Assembly: GCA_008632985.1 (NCBI GenBank)
Contig: QPGO01000224.1
Span: forward strand, 1 to 64,000
Direction: 5' to 3'
Source: Psammoneis japonica
Taxonomy: Eukaryota
Length of the DNA: 64,000 nt
This document shows, one piece after another, positions 48,371 through 60,871 of this stretch (positions are counted from its first letter, which is position 1; the number at the start of each line of letters is the position of its first letter). The notes under the pieces are model-generated. The model was not told where the DNA came from. It ran no database searches and was given only the letters and a program-made list of their open reading frames with translations. Both the position numbers and the translations under genes were made by a program.

Positions 48371-49542
48371 CTTGGTCGGTTTGGTTTCACCCATTTGGGA
48401 TTCCCCAAAATGGCCAGTGCAAGGGGGAGTCACTTTACCCTTTTGGGGAAAACCCGGGAAATGAGGGCAATTTGGCAGGAAGGAATGCCTGAAAGAGCTC
48501 AGGGGAGGGGAACAAAAATGAGTGGAATGCAGCAATGTGCAGCAATTGTGGTTGGGCGTGTGTGCTTTTGTCCCCATGCAATCCATTGCTTGTGGGCAAT
48601 GACCATGACTGATTCATCAATGCATTGACACAAAGCGGCCCCTTGTGGCAGAGCAGGGCAAGAACAAACTTTGCCATTGAAACCCACACGTTGGCATTGC
48701 TTGTGTGTGCGGCCCCACACCTGCCTTGGCGCTTGCTCCAGAGCCCTTGCAGCTTGCACTTGTGACCACACGACACAAGAAGGGAAAAAATGATCCACTG
48801 CATTCTGCACATGAGATGGGCCAAAGGGAAGAACAAACATTGTCAATTAATCTGACACATTTTTGTCAGCGGTGTGAGGTTCTGCTTTTGTTTGCCTCAT
48901 GCCATGCCACAGACACCTCATGGCTTGCATTTGTGACTGCATGACAAAAGAGTGATTCAATGATCTGCTTCATTCTGCACATGAGATGTGTCAATTGGAA
49001 GAATGAGGGCAACTGTTCAATCTGCCACATTGTCCTTGTTGGCTGTGTGTGGTCCCCCCTTTGCCTTGGCCTTCACTGCATGCCTTGTGGCTTGCATCAG
49101 TGATCGCACGACAAAGAACAGCTGATGACTGATGATCAATTTTGCCAGCATGCTGTGCATGAGCAATCACATTTCATCTTGTGTTTCATGTTGTAGATCC
49201 CATTCAATCAACATCATCAAATGCATTGAATGGTGTCATGATTGAGCGACAACAGTTGTCACAAAAGGGGCCAAAAAACCATCATGGTGTGTTGCTTGGT
49301 TGTTGATTTCCTGTCTCACTTGCTGCACGTCCCAGCACACACAGAAGGTGCAGAAATGTGTGAGAGGGGAAGCATGGGGAACTCCCAATGTGTGAATCTT
49401 TGTTCATGCATTTTGAACACACACACACAACATGGCATTTTGCATGGTGATTCCCCGGGATTTCACGCTTCCCGTGGAAATTGTGGCAAAAGGTGGCAAT
49501 CCCGGGGAATTTTGGGGATTTCCACAGCAAAGCCAAACCAAG
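48371..49542 (+). mobile_element. Dispersed repeat family B, copy 2, with short TIRs and a possible 8-bp TSD
   Basis: Ends cttggt...accaag, flanked by ttttcttg / ttttcttc; colinear with 29123-30590. Confidence 0.75.
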
Positions 49543-50021
49543 TTTTCTTCCCCACAGTGCACACCCCTGTGCAAGGGCTGCCATGGGATGCAGGTGGGTG
49601 TGGTGTGTGATGACATCACCACATGCATTGAGCTGCATGTGCCCACATTTGCACTGACAATTGCATGTCACCAAGCAACAACTCCCATCCCATGGCACCC
49701 CCAAATCTCTGACCACCAAACACTGAGGGCAGCACTCAACCATTTTTCACTCATTCTCAAGCCACCCAAACAACGCTTGTCACATTGACTCCACCATGAC
49801 GACGTCTCCTCCTTTGTCACCAACAAATTGCAGGACTCCATTCTCGCTGAAGTTGTTGATGTTGACACACCAATGCAAGAGGTGAGACTGTTGCTCTGGC
49901 TGTTGTGCACCTCGCACATCCCAAATGAGAGTGCACAAACTCACACTGTCATTTTCATGCTCCACCACCTCCTCACCTCCCACAGGTGATGCCCCCCATG
50001 ACAACATTGCATCCTGAGTCA

Positions 50022-50566
50022 TTTTTTTTTCTGCCAAACATCCATTTTTTTTTTTGCTGGTGGCCCCGCCACTGTCTCGTGAACTCATGTGTGGCACAAT
50101 TGACACATGCGAGTGTAACTGGCTCATTGTTGACTTGTGCAGTCGAAAAGCGATGGGCAAAAAATTGAACATTTCAGCTGTTTTCGCTGTGATCAATCAA
50201 CATCAAAGCACAGCAAGGCACACACATGTGAAATGAATTGCGTGACATCAACACATGTCAGTGTCATGGTCAGTTCATGGCTGTTGATGGAGCACATTGC
50301 ATTTGCGGTCACCATTGTTGTCACATTTCAACAAGTCATGTAAAATTTGAAACACAAAACATCCGTGCACATGCGTGTGTTGTTGCACACAGGATCATGC
50401 GTGCAATGTGTTTTCATGTGCGCAGAGCATCCAAATTTTTCACTTGCAATGATTTCATGCATGGACAAGGTGTCAACATTGATTGCCTGACACAAAATTG
50501 TGTCGATGTTCCAACACAAACATTTGGCTTGCCACCAGCAAAAAAATGGACGTTTGGCAAAAAAAA
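50022..50566. repeat. Inverted repeat pair (about 40 bp), likely a decayed MITE
   Basis: tgccaaacatcca(t)n-gctggtggc versus gccaccagc-(a)n-tggacgtttggca. Confidence 0.6.
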
Positions 50567-51491
50567 TCAGGTGGGCATCGCGCATCTGGGTTTCATCTTG
50601 CCACTGGCATGACCAACACTGTCACTCCTGCCCTTGATGCAACAGGTGTTGTTCAACGTGCTTTTGTCCTTTGCCCAATTGGTCAAATGGTGCCAACTCA
50701 CACTTCTTTTCTCATGCCTCATGCTTCAGCTCCTCTCACAAGTGCCAGAGCCCCAGCAAAGCCATTTGCCTCCCACTGGAGACACCGCTGCCACCCAATC
50801 CCCTTCTGAGTCCACCCCATCGGACCATGATGTCACTCCAGTTGTCGGCAGCAACTCACACTTTTTTTGATTTTTGCACCCAAGTGCCAACCATCTGAGT
50901 TGAGGACGGTGAATGCGCACTGTGGCTGAAGCAATGTTCTTGCAATTGCCTTGCTGCTCTGGGGGGGGGAGCAAATTTCATGGTCAATCATCAGCGTCTC
51001 CCAGCATTGCAGATGGTTTTCAACACACAAAGTGTTTTCATGGGATGTCAAAGGGAACGACATCCAACTGCCTTCATCCTTCTTCTTGCAGCCGATCTCA
51101 ATGTGTGCATTGTCAATGTTGGCTTTTCTGAAGTTGTGGGTTTGTCTGGGGTGTGCCAGGAAGAGATGAATGGCTGAAAAGCAACACAAAGCCTTGAAAC
51201 TGCTTCAAGTTTGGTTGGCCAGTGACTGCTGTTGCAAACAAGACCTGCCAAAGACAAACAGTGATGCTGCGAATGTGTTGCATGCCATGCAGTTCATTGG
51301 CATTGTCAAGACACTGTCTCGCTCTTGTTGCAGTGTGAAGGTTTTGCACACCACAGCTTTCTTGACTTGCTGGGGTGAGTGCTGCTTCTGGAAAAGAAGC
51401 CCTCAGCAATCAGTCTTTGCAGCATGCAACACTTCTGATGCAAACTAAAACAATGAACCACAATTTAGAGCAGACTGAGCTGTTCATGTCT

Positions 51492-51893
51492 GACGCATTC
51501 CAGCCCCAGGTGGGACTCCGTGTGACATTGGGCCCGCAGAATTCTGCGTGTGAGCTCTGCAGTGCGAGAATTTAATTGATGGACACACTTGTCTTCAACA
51601 TCAAACAAGCTGCCAAGTTTGTGGCACAATTGTGCCTCTTGTCACTTGACGTTTTTGGAAAAGCGCCTGCCCTGCACGATTTTTAAGACAATGGATCACG
51701 CTGCACTGCAACAAAAAATGTCAAAAGTTGTTGGACGGATCTCTCAACAAGTGTGCAGCACCGTAAAATGACACAAAATGTCAAAAAAATCATGTGGAAA
51801 TCTATGTGCGCGACATGCGACGCGATTCAAAAAACCATCGATGTCACAGCTCAGCAGTGCGAGGTCCCACCTGCTGCAGACCTGGAGCGCGTC
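51492..51893 (+). mobile_element. MITE family A, copy 4; TSD GTCT
   Basis: gtct|gacgcattccagccccaggtgggac...gacctggagcgcgtc|gtct. Confidence 0.9.
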
Positions 51894-53543
51894 GTCTTTT
51901 CATCGTGAAATTTCCAGATGATTGAGTGTTTGATCACCTCCTTCACTCATCTTTTTCTTCCTCCTCCTTCTCATCTTCATCCTCCTTGTTGTTGTCTGCT
52001 TTGAACTTTGTCCAGTCTGCTGAATCACATGTCTTGCTGCAGTTGATTGAACTCCAAATTGCGTCCCCACCACATCCAGCAACACCTTCATTCAAAGACA
52101 TTTGACATTGCCTTTGGCAGCAGGCACAGCAGGAACAGTGTTGGGTGTGCCAGGAAAGGCGGCAACTGGCTTGGGGGGGGGGGGGGGGGCAAGCCACCAT
52201 GCCAGGCAGCTGCACCCAAGACTGTCATTTGATGCCATCGCAGGCGCCAGCTGCTGGAGCTGCACCTGACAGTGTCATTTGATTCCATCTCATCTGTCCT
52301 GGCAATCTGTGGCAATGTGTTGGCATTTGTGACAGTGTCTGTGGCAGGCGCTGCTGCCTGCTGTGTGAGAAAAAACGTCGACAGTTTGCAGCACATCATT
52401 TTGGCTGTGTTTGGCACAAGAGAGGCAAAGCAACAGCATCAACTCTTGCATCCATTGCATTGGGAACAGCGTTGGGTGTGGCACTTGTGGGACATGGAGC
52501 CACGGCATTTTCATTCACAACAAAAGCTGTGGCAGGCACTGGAGCGTGAGAAACAGAGAGTCTGCAAACAAGCTCTAATTTCGGACGCAGCAGGCACACG
52601 ATGGCCGCAGAAATGACATCACCTGACACACCAGAGTCATTGTGGACCGTGTGAAACAGGCGCCGCATCACAGTGAGGTGTTGATGACAAATCGCTTGAC
52701 ATCATTGTGACGAACTTCTGTTGACCAGTGCTTTTTGTGTGTTGCACGAGAGAGGGAAAAATGATTGAGTGTGCCACGCTCAGCATTTGGTGGTCAGAGA
52801 ATTGGGGGAGAGCATGGAGATCAGGATTTTCCCTGATGCTGGGAGCATTTGTGCACAAATGCCAAATTTTGTCAAACAATGCTTTGGTCTTGGCGCCAAA
52901 ACCCAGGGCGCCACACCCAGGTTTTTTTGAATGAGGAAATTGTGCATTCGACCAAGAAATTATTTTTTTCATGCGGAACACAACAGCGGCCATTGACAAA
53001 TGACACAAGCGACCGTTGAATCCACAATGATGTCAACACAATTGATTGCAATCATTTCGGTCCTCATTTAAGAGCCTTTGCTCCGATGACACGAGATCAA
53101 AATCTCTTTGACATTCGAAAATGAAAGACCCGGGTGCCACACCCGTGCACCTGTGACAGCTGCATCTCATTTAGATAGAACAAAAGCTTGCAAACCCTGA
53201 CCAGGTTCGCTTGGCGAAACTGCGATCATTCACCACTGTCATAATATGAAAGCTTTAGAATCCGATGAATTTGATTTGCTATAGTGCTGAATACCTTACT
53301 ACAGTATGCCCGTGTCAACGGTTTGATCGACCCGCTCAGGGGCAGCAAAACGAGAAGCAAAAAAGATCCAGCAACAGAAAAGCTATGTGAGGCTCATGAG
53401 ATTGCTGATTCTGCATACGCAATACGCAAGAACAGAAACGAAACGAGCACCTAAAGTGGAGAACAACAGCACCCAAGTTGAGGTAGTGCAACAATTGAGG
53501 TTCAACGACAGCGACCGATTTTCTGTTTTACATCCGCAACATC

Positions 53544-55474
53544 ATGTTCGAGCCTCCCACCGAAGAAACCGCGCTCTTGCCCCAAGAAGAAAGCACCAAA
53601 GATCACCCGACGTTGCATCATCAGACGAGTCGACATCTTGGTGAAGATGTGCCTTTATATGCCAGACGTGCGTGAATGTTTACGGTTTTTTGGCTCTGTC
53701 GCCGTTTGCGCTTTTTCTCACCATACTTTTTGCCTTTGTTCATATATTGTTGCTTTAAGCTCGCCAACGTCAGCGATGGGACGACGAACAAATACTGCCC
53801 CACGTCAACTGGGGTGACTTGTGAGTAGGACTATGGATTTACTTCTTACCAGCGCTGAGATTTTGATACTGGAAGATTCTATTGTTCGCCATCATTTCTC
53901 TTTTCCGAATTCCTCACTGGTCCCACCATCATATTGAATTATTCCTCGCAGATTCTTTGACCTATTCTACGTTGCTGCCGCGTATAATTTAGCGGTAGTC
54001 ATGAAGGAAGCAATCACGATGGAAGCGTTTCTCTACTTTGTCTGCTGTTACTTGCTTATCTTATCAGTTTGGTATGAAAAGCTTTTCTGGGATGCCCGAT
54101 ACAGCCCACCTGACAATCTCTTTATGAGATTTGTTGAAGTCGTACATCTAACGATTCTCGGGATGGCGGTCCAACACGTCAGGCCAGTGGAAGAGATGAA
54201 GTTCACGTGTGAGCATCCAACCATGCTCTCCTTTGCGCTCAACATTTCAATCATTTATACGATTCACATGGTAAAAGACGTGACTACGCTCGTTAACATT
54301 AATATCTCCGAAACAACTCACTTGAATCCTTTTTCTTTTTCGTTGACACTGTGAATGACAGTTCATGTACAAGGATCTTTCCATCAATGTGGATGGCGGT
54401 CCTGAAGCGGTCGTTGCTGCCAGCTCGGCTGTTAGGCGTAAGTTGCTTGGCTGTTTGCCGCTCTGGACGGCAACGTTGGTGGCCGGACGAGACTATTACT
54501 ATGGCGTGGAGGGTGATCATGTATGTGAACATGGCAACTACTTACCCATCATTCTCTGTGGACTCCCCTTTTTCTTGGAGCACGCACACAATACCTGGGA
54601 GGAATTAATATGGATTCCGAACAGCGGCAAAGATCGCAAAGAGCTGAGAGTACCCATGAATCTAGAGTTTACAACGTACGTTCGTGTAGTGAATGCCGCG
54701 TTCCGTTGTCTTTGCTGTACTGGAGTCGCCCACGTTCTCTCTCGTCTTTTGACCTTCTGTTGCAGGCATCGCCTTGGCGAGCTTACAAACTTGATGCTAG
54801 GCGAGTCGGTACTCGCTCTGATTATTGTGGAAGAGTCTGCCGGAGCACGCTACTATGTAACGTTTTGTGCCGGGATTGTAGCCGTGACCATGATGCAGTA
54901 TCTTTACTTTCGTACCCACCCGGCTGATGCCGATGATCATGCCATGCGTCGATCTGTCTTGGGTGGCTACCAGTTCTTCTACAGTATCGTGGCGTACTGT
55001 GCTTGTCTGATACTCATTGGATGTTCGTACAAGCTCATTCTTCATCAATACCTGGAGGAAGAAGAAGAAGAGGAAGCGACCAAAGAAGAGCTAGAAGAGC
55101 AATCTCTGAGAATTGTCAACATGTTTTCTTGGAGTTTGGCTGGATCGTTCTTCTTTATGGATTTGATGATTGTCTCCCACCGGGGTTGGGCACTGAATTT
55201 AGGTCGATTGGTCAGCAATGGACGCATTTGCTGGGGTCCATCACTCTGTACTGTCGGTGTTGTGGGCTTTATTGTTTTCACCGCCTGCTTGCCGTGTTTT
55301 ATTTCCAGCCTGGAAGTTTTGAGTGTAGTTGGCTGTGTGATTGTGCTAGGACAAGTGCTTTTGCGGACACTTGGACTTCGATACTTTCCAGTTAGCAAAA
55401 AAGCCATGGACCGGTCGAATATGCCGCGCTGGCCAAATGTAACTGAAGCCAGAAGCATTCCTCATTCGTCATAA
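53544..55474 (+). CDS. LtrA (low temperature requirement A)-like multi-pass membrane protein; introns 53668-53759, 53821-53951, 54271-54361, 54676-54765
   Basis: The spliced product contains WGDLFFDLFYVAA and HRLGELTNLMLGESV. All four GT-AG introns keep the frame. Confidence 0.8.
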
Positions 55475-55771
55475 GACAAAGTGAGAAAACACCCCATGTC
55501 CACTCACTCGCGCGCGCTGTTTATGGCTTTGGTATGATGCTTGCAGAGATGATGACAAGAGAACTATTCATTAGTAGTTTCGTACTTCTTTCCCTACGAT
55601 AGGTCTATAGGAGAACATGATGACATTGCAGTCTTCTGCTGAGTGGAGGTAGATTTTACCTCTTCCTCTTTCTAGCCAGTGGCCAGCCGGCTTGAAAGAG
55701 CAGTACAAGTACATGCAGGAGCTTCGTTTTGATTCACAAGACCTGAAAGCCGCAAGAGCGCCCTTGGAAAA

Positions 55772-56685
55772 GTGGTCCACGTTTGCCACCAAGTGGTAAA
55801 TGTACATGTTCAACGAGTCACGACCTGCGGGCTGCGGTCTGTCGGGAAAGGAACTGCTTCGAGCCAATCTGCAGACTTGTACCTTGTTGTTTTTGTCGAA
55901 TCGATATCACCGGATGATATGAAGGTCTCGTTTCCGTCGTTGATTGATTCAATTTAAAGCGCAATGGATACACAATACCCCAACACGTGGGACGTTCATT
56001 GGCACCGGAAAATTGGACTTCGATGCAACATTGCTGGTATGGAAATCGATATATTTCTTGCTGCACCCATGTACAGACAAGAGACTTTTTGGAGGTTTCT
56101 GATATAGAGAAGCGCTCGTTTATGTCTGCATCTGTGAGCCATCTTGCTACTCGCTTCATGAAGAAGCAAAGTCTGCTTTTCAAGGACTTGGTCCGTGTCG
56201 CCAAAGACTGGAGAGACTCTCATTCATGGGCTCCACAATGCAAGCCAAAGTCCTACCTTTTAGAAGTGATAATGCTGGAAGCCTGTCGAAGTACAAGGGA
56301 GTCTGGTGTTTCAAGAAAAACTGCACCAGCTACTATTACAAATTGAAGTATGCAACGACAATCCTTCTCAAGTTTTTGACCTTATTGGCAGCGTACAAGA
56401 ATACATTCAAATCAACAATGTGACGCAAACAATCTTCCTCCGCTCTTTGTTTGTTTTGAGACATACTACAATGTGGAGGAGGTGCCACTTGACATGCCAG
56501 AACCAATGTTTGAGCCGTCTCGCATTGTTGAAAAAGGAAAGCGGAGACAGACCAAGACACGAAAGGCAACCGCGATTGTTCTGGACCCGGCCAATCCTAC
56601 AAACAATCTGTGGTTGACACTTGGTGACGCGTATGTACTTTTGACTCGTGCCAAGCAAGCTGCTGAGAATATTAGAGAGAACTGA
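55772..56685 (+). pseudogene. 2'-5'-oligoadenylate synthetase (OAS)-like nucleotidyltransferase remnant
   Basis: SVGKGTA...ADLYLVVFV (decayed GS/DxD motif), FKDLVRVAKDW, KSYLLEVIML and VLDPANPTNNLW across several frames with stops. 5' boundary approximate. Confidence 0.75.
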
Positions 56686-56789
56686 ATTATCTTTAAGCAC
56701 TGTAGGCGATGAAGCGCAACGGTTGGATGCAATTTAGATTTGATCAAATAGTGTGTAAAATGGCACTGCGGTAGTCTACAATTCAACCC

Positions 56790-58900
56790 CCCCCCTCACT
56801 CCGACAATGGTGCTTCTCTCTGGCTTGACCGACACCACAGTGTCTCCTAACCCCAACGTCACTTCCTGGTGAGTTCCATTTTCCCCCATTTGCATGGAAG
56901 CTGGAAGCTGGCACTTTTCTTCCCATTCTTCCTCACCCTGGCATTCTCACCCTGACATGCACATGTTCTGGTTGCATCACATGAGGGCAATCATTTTGAT
57001 GTTTGTGGTTCCACTGAGGCACTTGTTTGATGTGATTCCAGTTGGCTGTTGCATCGTGGCACTGGCTTTGTGCTCTCCTCTGAGGGTGCCTTTGTGATTC
57101 TCATGGGTCAGACGCATCCCTCAAGTCTCAGCCAGTGTGTGAATGTTCTCTGCATTCTCAATCTGACCCACCCTCTCTCTCATCTGGCAATGTCTCACAG
57201 GCACTGGGGTTTTGCCAATGTCAACATGCTGCGTCCCTGGCATTGGTGCTTGTGTGGGTGAGTTTTGAGTGCAGCATTGCTCTGCATGATTGCCCAGCAT
57301 TTTGAAATGGAAGCATGTTCTCATCACATTGTCGTGTCACCCCAACTTGCAGCAGACACATGTGTGCTCACATTGTTTGTTGGTCACAGTGGTGCCAGCT
57401 CTGCAACATGCAAGTTTGGTTGATGCATTTCTTGCAAGTGCCCATCTTTTTTGCAAATTTTGTGCTGGCTTGAGTTTGTCTCTTTCTCCTTTTTTCTGCT
57501 TTTGCCACCACATTTTGTTGTCTTGGTCATTTCTTCCTTCTTTTGGCTCCTCTCTGCCATTGTCAGCCTGCTCTGTTGGCTCTGCACTTTTCTTTCAGCC
57601 AATTTGTTTGCTGCATTCTCACACAATGCTGCCCCATGGTTTCCACAAAAATGCTCTGCAGAAGAGAGCACCAGCCAAAACACTGCCAAATGAATTGGCA
57701 GCAGTTTCGTGACAGTTTTTCCAGCCAACAATCATTTGCTGCTTGGATGGCCTCGCACATTCAAGCAGCAGCAAAAGAGTTCCCTGGCCCCTCCTGGGTG
57801 CCTGATGTCATCAAAGATGCTGAAAAAGAAGGGGTGACACCAGAAATGAGTGCACGCAATGCAGCTGCCACTGTGCTCCTGGGGTTGTGGCTCAGTGTGC
57901 AGAGTGTGTGGAGAAGAACCTCCCAGACAGGCAGCTGCCTGGTGCTGCACAATGTGTGCTGTGATTCCAGACACAAGAGCAAAGAGTGCATTGCAAGCAT
58001 TGCTCCAAAACCCTAGAGCTCTCCAAGGGCCAGGCTGACAAGTGCACATGGCAGTTCCAATGCACTGGATGACACTCACTGACAAAAAGCTTTGATGGTG
58101 CCCTCACCTGTTGCTGCATGAGGACATGCTGATGCAACAACAATGATGCAGAGCAGCCCCACAGTGCAAAGGGCAGCATTGCTGAAGGTCATGTCAGCCA
58201 TGTCTTCCATGCAAATTGTGAGATCCTGAGGGAAGTTTTGTGCAGCACAGCTGCAGCCCCAGTGGCCAAGCTTAAAGAACTCCAGTGGTCAGAGAGCTCT
58301 TTTGGTGGCTTCAGAAGGAAGTTGTTCAATGACAGCTTGCTGAGCGCTGCTGGCAACAGGAGCTCCACACTTGATCACAATTTTCAGAACGCATGTCATC
58401 ATCTTTTGACATCTCCTTCCTGTTTGTAGAAAGTTGACTTTCTCAGTTATTTTTCTGTTTTGGTTGTGATGGTGCAGCTGGGGGGGGCATTGTTGTGTTC
58501 AAAAGGGGAGACATTCTCCTCCAGCATCGGGTTGTGTTCCATGTTGCCGGGTTGATTTGTGAGCATTTCACAAAAGGAGACATGCAATGTGATGCTGTCA
58601 AAATGCAAACTCCCCACAAATCAAAATTCTTGCAAGTGTGTGCTCCAACCATCGCACAAGCCAAAACAGACGTGGTCAGGCCATGGGCTGTTTCTCAAGT
58701 GAAGGCACATCAGATGCAAAGAGCTCCAAGTGGCTCTCTCTAAAGGGCTGTGTGGGTGAGTCAGATGAAGAAAACAAAACCTGCAGTGCTCTCTTTCTTT
58801 TAGAGAGCAATGCATTTAAACCCAATGGGAGAACGCACTCTGTGTCGTTCGACTTGAGGGATTCCCATTTCAGTCGTGTTGTGTTCGATTGGCAAGTGGC
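56790..58900. other. TpA/CpG-depleted relic domain
   Basis: Near absence of TA and CG. Element family not recognised. Confidence 0.85.
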
Positions 58901-59125
58901 AAGACTCGATTTTTGCGGGAAACAGGCGGGATAATCAATCCATCCTGACACTTCGTTTCACGGACCCTCGATTTCCGTTCCTTCCATCAAAGAATCGGGT
59001 TATTTTGGCAAGGTGCCCCATGACACAAACATCTTGAGAAGCTGCATGTGCCGGCCAGATTCAGATGCAAGGAACGAGTGCGTGCTCCAAGCAGAGAGAA
59101 GTGCATTTCAAGACGAAAAATAATA

Positions 59126-60361
59126 ATGACTTGTCACGTGGTGGGGGGTTCCTCCAGAAGAAAACGCCACCTGCGCCTGCTGAAACCTTTGTTGCTTTTC
59201 TGCGGCGGCAGCGGCCAAACCACCTTTGGTTTCGAGCCATTTTTCGCGCACTCAAAAGTTTCGAGGCGGCAACCGTCGTCACGAAACAAATTTGCTATTT
59301 CTGAAAGCTACATTCGTACCTTTTCTGCTTCTCGTGATGATGAAATGATGGGTGAAGGTACATCGTCACCAGATCCCGTTGCCTCACGAGACGCTCTCGA
59401 TGCGCTTGTGCCTCGACAGAAAATCATATCACTGAGCACGAGATCCACCACAAAAGGGATTTTGCAAGTTTGTTTTCACTTTGGAATGTTTGGATTAGCC
59501 GCGGTTGCTATTCGGAACAATGCTCTCTCGCTGTTTGCCATGGCGTTTGTTTCTTCCTTTTATTTCTGTGGTTTACACGAGTGCGTGCATCGAACCGCGT
59601 TCCAACCAAAATGGCTCAATGATTTGTTTGCTCATGTGTTTGGGTTCTTGACGTTTCGACCCGCCATTCACTACCGACACTATCACTGGCAACATCACAT
59701 GCATACTGGAAATCCCAGGTTGGACTCGGAGCTTCAAGCGGGGTCGCTCTTGGATGTGCCAGTGGATACGCCACTCACATATCTTTGGTATCTTTCGGGT
59801 ATTCCATTTTGGATGGATGCATTCATGAGTCTTCTCCGACATTCTTTTGCCAGAAACTATTCGGAAATCTATCTGAAGACAGACAAGAAATGTCGACAAG
59901 TCAAGACTGAGGCGAGGGTGTACCTGGCTATGTATAGTACCGTGGCCATTTCTGCATGGGCGGCAAAGAGAGCAGCGATACAGTTGGCCCTAGTTTGGTT
60001 CTGGATACTGCCCGCTCTACTAGGACAACCCTTTTTACGCTTTTATTTGCTGGCAGAACATCGAGGCAGAAAAGAGTCGCCCAACATTATGGAAAACACG
60101 CGCACCATTGCCCATACCAACTCGTTCTACCGCAAGCTTGCGTGGCAAATGCCATACCATACAGAGCACCACGCGTGGCCATCAGTGCCCTTTTGGAGGC
60201 TGCAGGAGGTGCACAAAATGTTAATGCAAGCTGGAGGCAATCAAATTATGGACGTTGGGGAAGAGAATCCAGAATTGAGAGCTGGTAATGGACGAAAAGG
60301 GTATATTGACTTTAATTGGAAATTCTGGAAGATGCTGGTCTGCAAGTCAACTAATTCATAA
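59126..60361 (+). CDS. Membrane His-box fatty acid desaturase/hydroxylase family protein
   Basis: HECVH, HWQHH, AEH and HTEHH..PSVPF motifs with TM segments. First ATG at 59126; no intron needed. Confidence 0.88.
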   Translation: MTCHVVGGSSRRKRHLRLLKPLLLFCGGSGQTTFGFEPFFAHSKVSRRQPSSRNKFAISESYIRTFSASRDDEMMGEGTSSPDPVASRDALDALVPRQKIISLSTRSTTKGILQVCFHFGMFGLAAVAIRNNALSLFAMAFVSSFYFCGLHECVHRTAFQPKWLNDLFAHVFGFLTFRPAIHYRHYHWQHHMHTGNPRLDSELQAGSLLDVPVDTPLTYLWYLSGIPFWMDAFMSLLRHSFARNYSEIYLKTDKKCRQVKTEARVYLAMYSTVAISAWAAKRAAIQLALVWFWILPALLGQPFLRFYLLAEHRGRKESPNIMENTRTIAHTNSFYRKLAWQMPYHTEHHAWPSVPFWRLQEVHKMLMQAGGNQIMDVGEENPELRAGNGRKGYIDFNWKFWKMLVCKSTNS

Positions 60362-60472
60362 GAGACGAAATGGTGGTGGGTGCAGCAGCGAGGATCTACG
60401 GTGCGTTCTGATTGGTCGAGGAGGAACAACAAGAGGCGAATCAGCAGGAGCCAAAACGCGAATATCAGTATT

Positions 60473-60671
60473 ATAAAGAACTGACTCTTGCAAAGTAGTG
60501 TAGCGACATGCAGAGCAAATGTTCTTATAGCTTTTGTGCCAATCCAGTCGGACACTGAGCAAACCGAGAAACAGAATATATCACAACACGACCAGTCATC
60601 CAGAGGCACGAATAGCAAAATCTCTTGACAATAACGTAGATTTTCCGCTTATCGGGCTTGGGCTATTTTAT
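60473..60671. repeat. Diverged direct repeat, copy 1 (copy 2 at 63694-63893); TA retained
   Basis: Shared blocks tcttgcaaa.tagtgtagcga, cagtcgga.actgagcaa, ccagaggcac.aatagcaaaatctctt, ttatcgg, ctattt. Confidence 0.85.
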
Positions 60672-60871
60672 ACCATACAGAACATTTCAAAAGGAGTCAA
60701 AGTTTAAGTTTGCAAAATGAGTTCTCGATAGCGAGTACTAACTGTTGCTATGGATACCAACATTCAAAAACTAAAGAAAACAGTGACGACAACATCTCGA
60801 TCAACTGACTACGGTACAACAAAACATGCTTCTACTAGAGTAAAACGTGCTAAAGCTCATCATTACCTCAA

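Larger units (their letters stand above)
27660..53170. other. 25-kb TpA-depleted repeat/TE domain
   Basis: TA drops abruptly after 27653 and returns at about 53170. Contains nested TEs and gene relics. Confidence 0.92.

Noticed and set aside
27660..53170. Hundreds of 60-290 aa ORFs in TA-depleted domains as genes
   Set aside because: They overlap in all frames, almost lack Tyr, are Cys/His-rich and have no motifs. Loss of TAA/TAG explains them.
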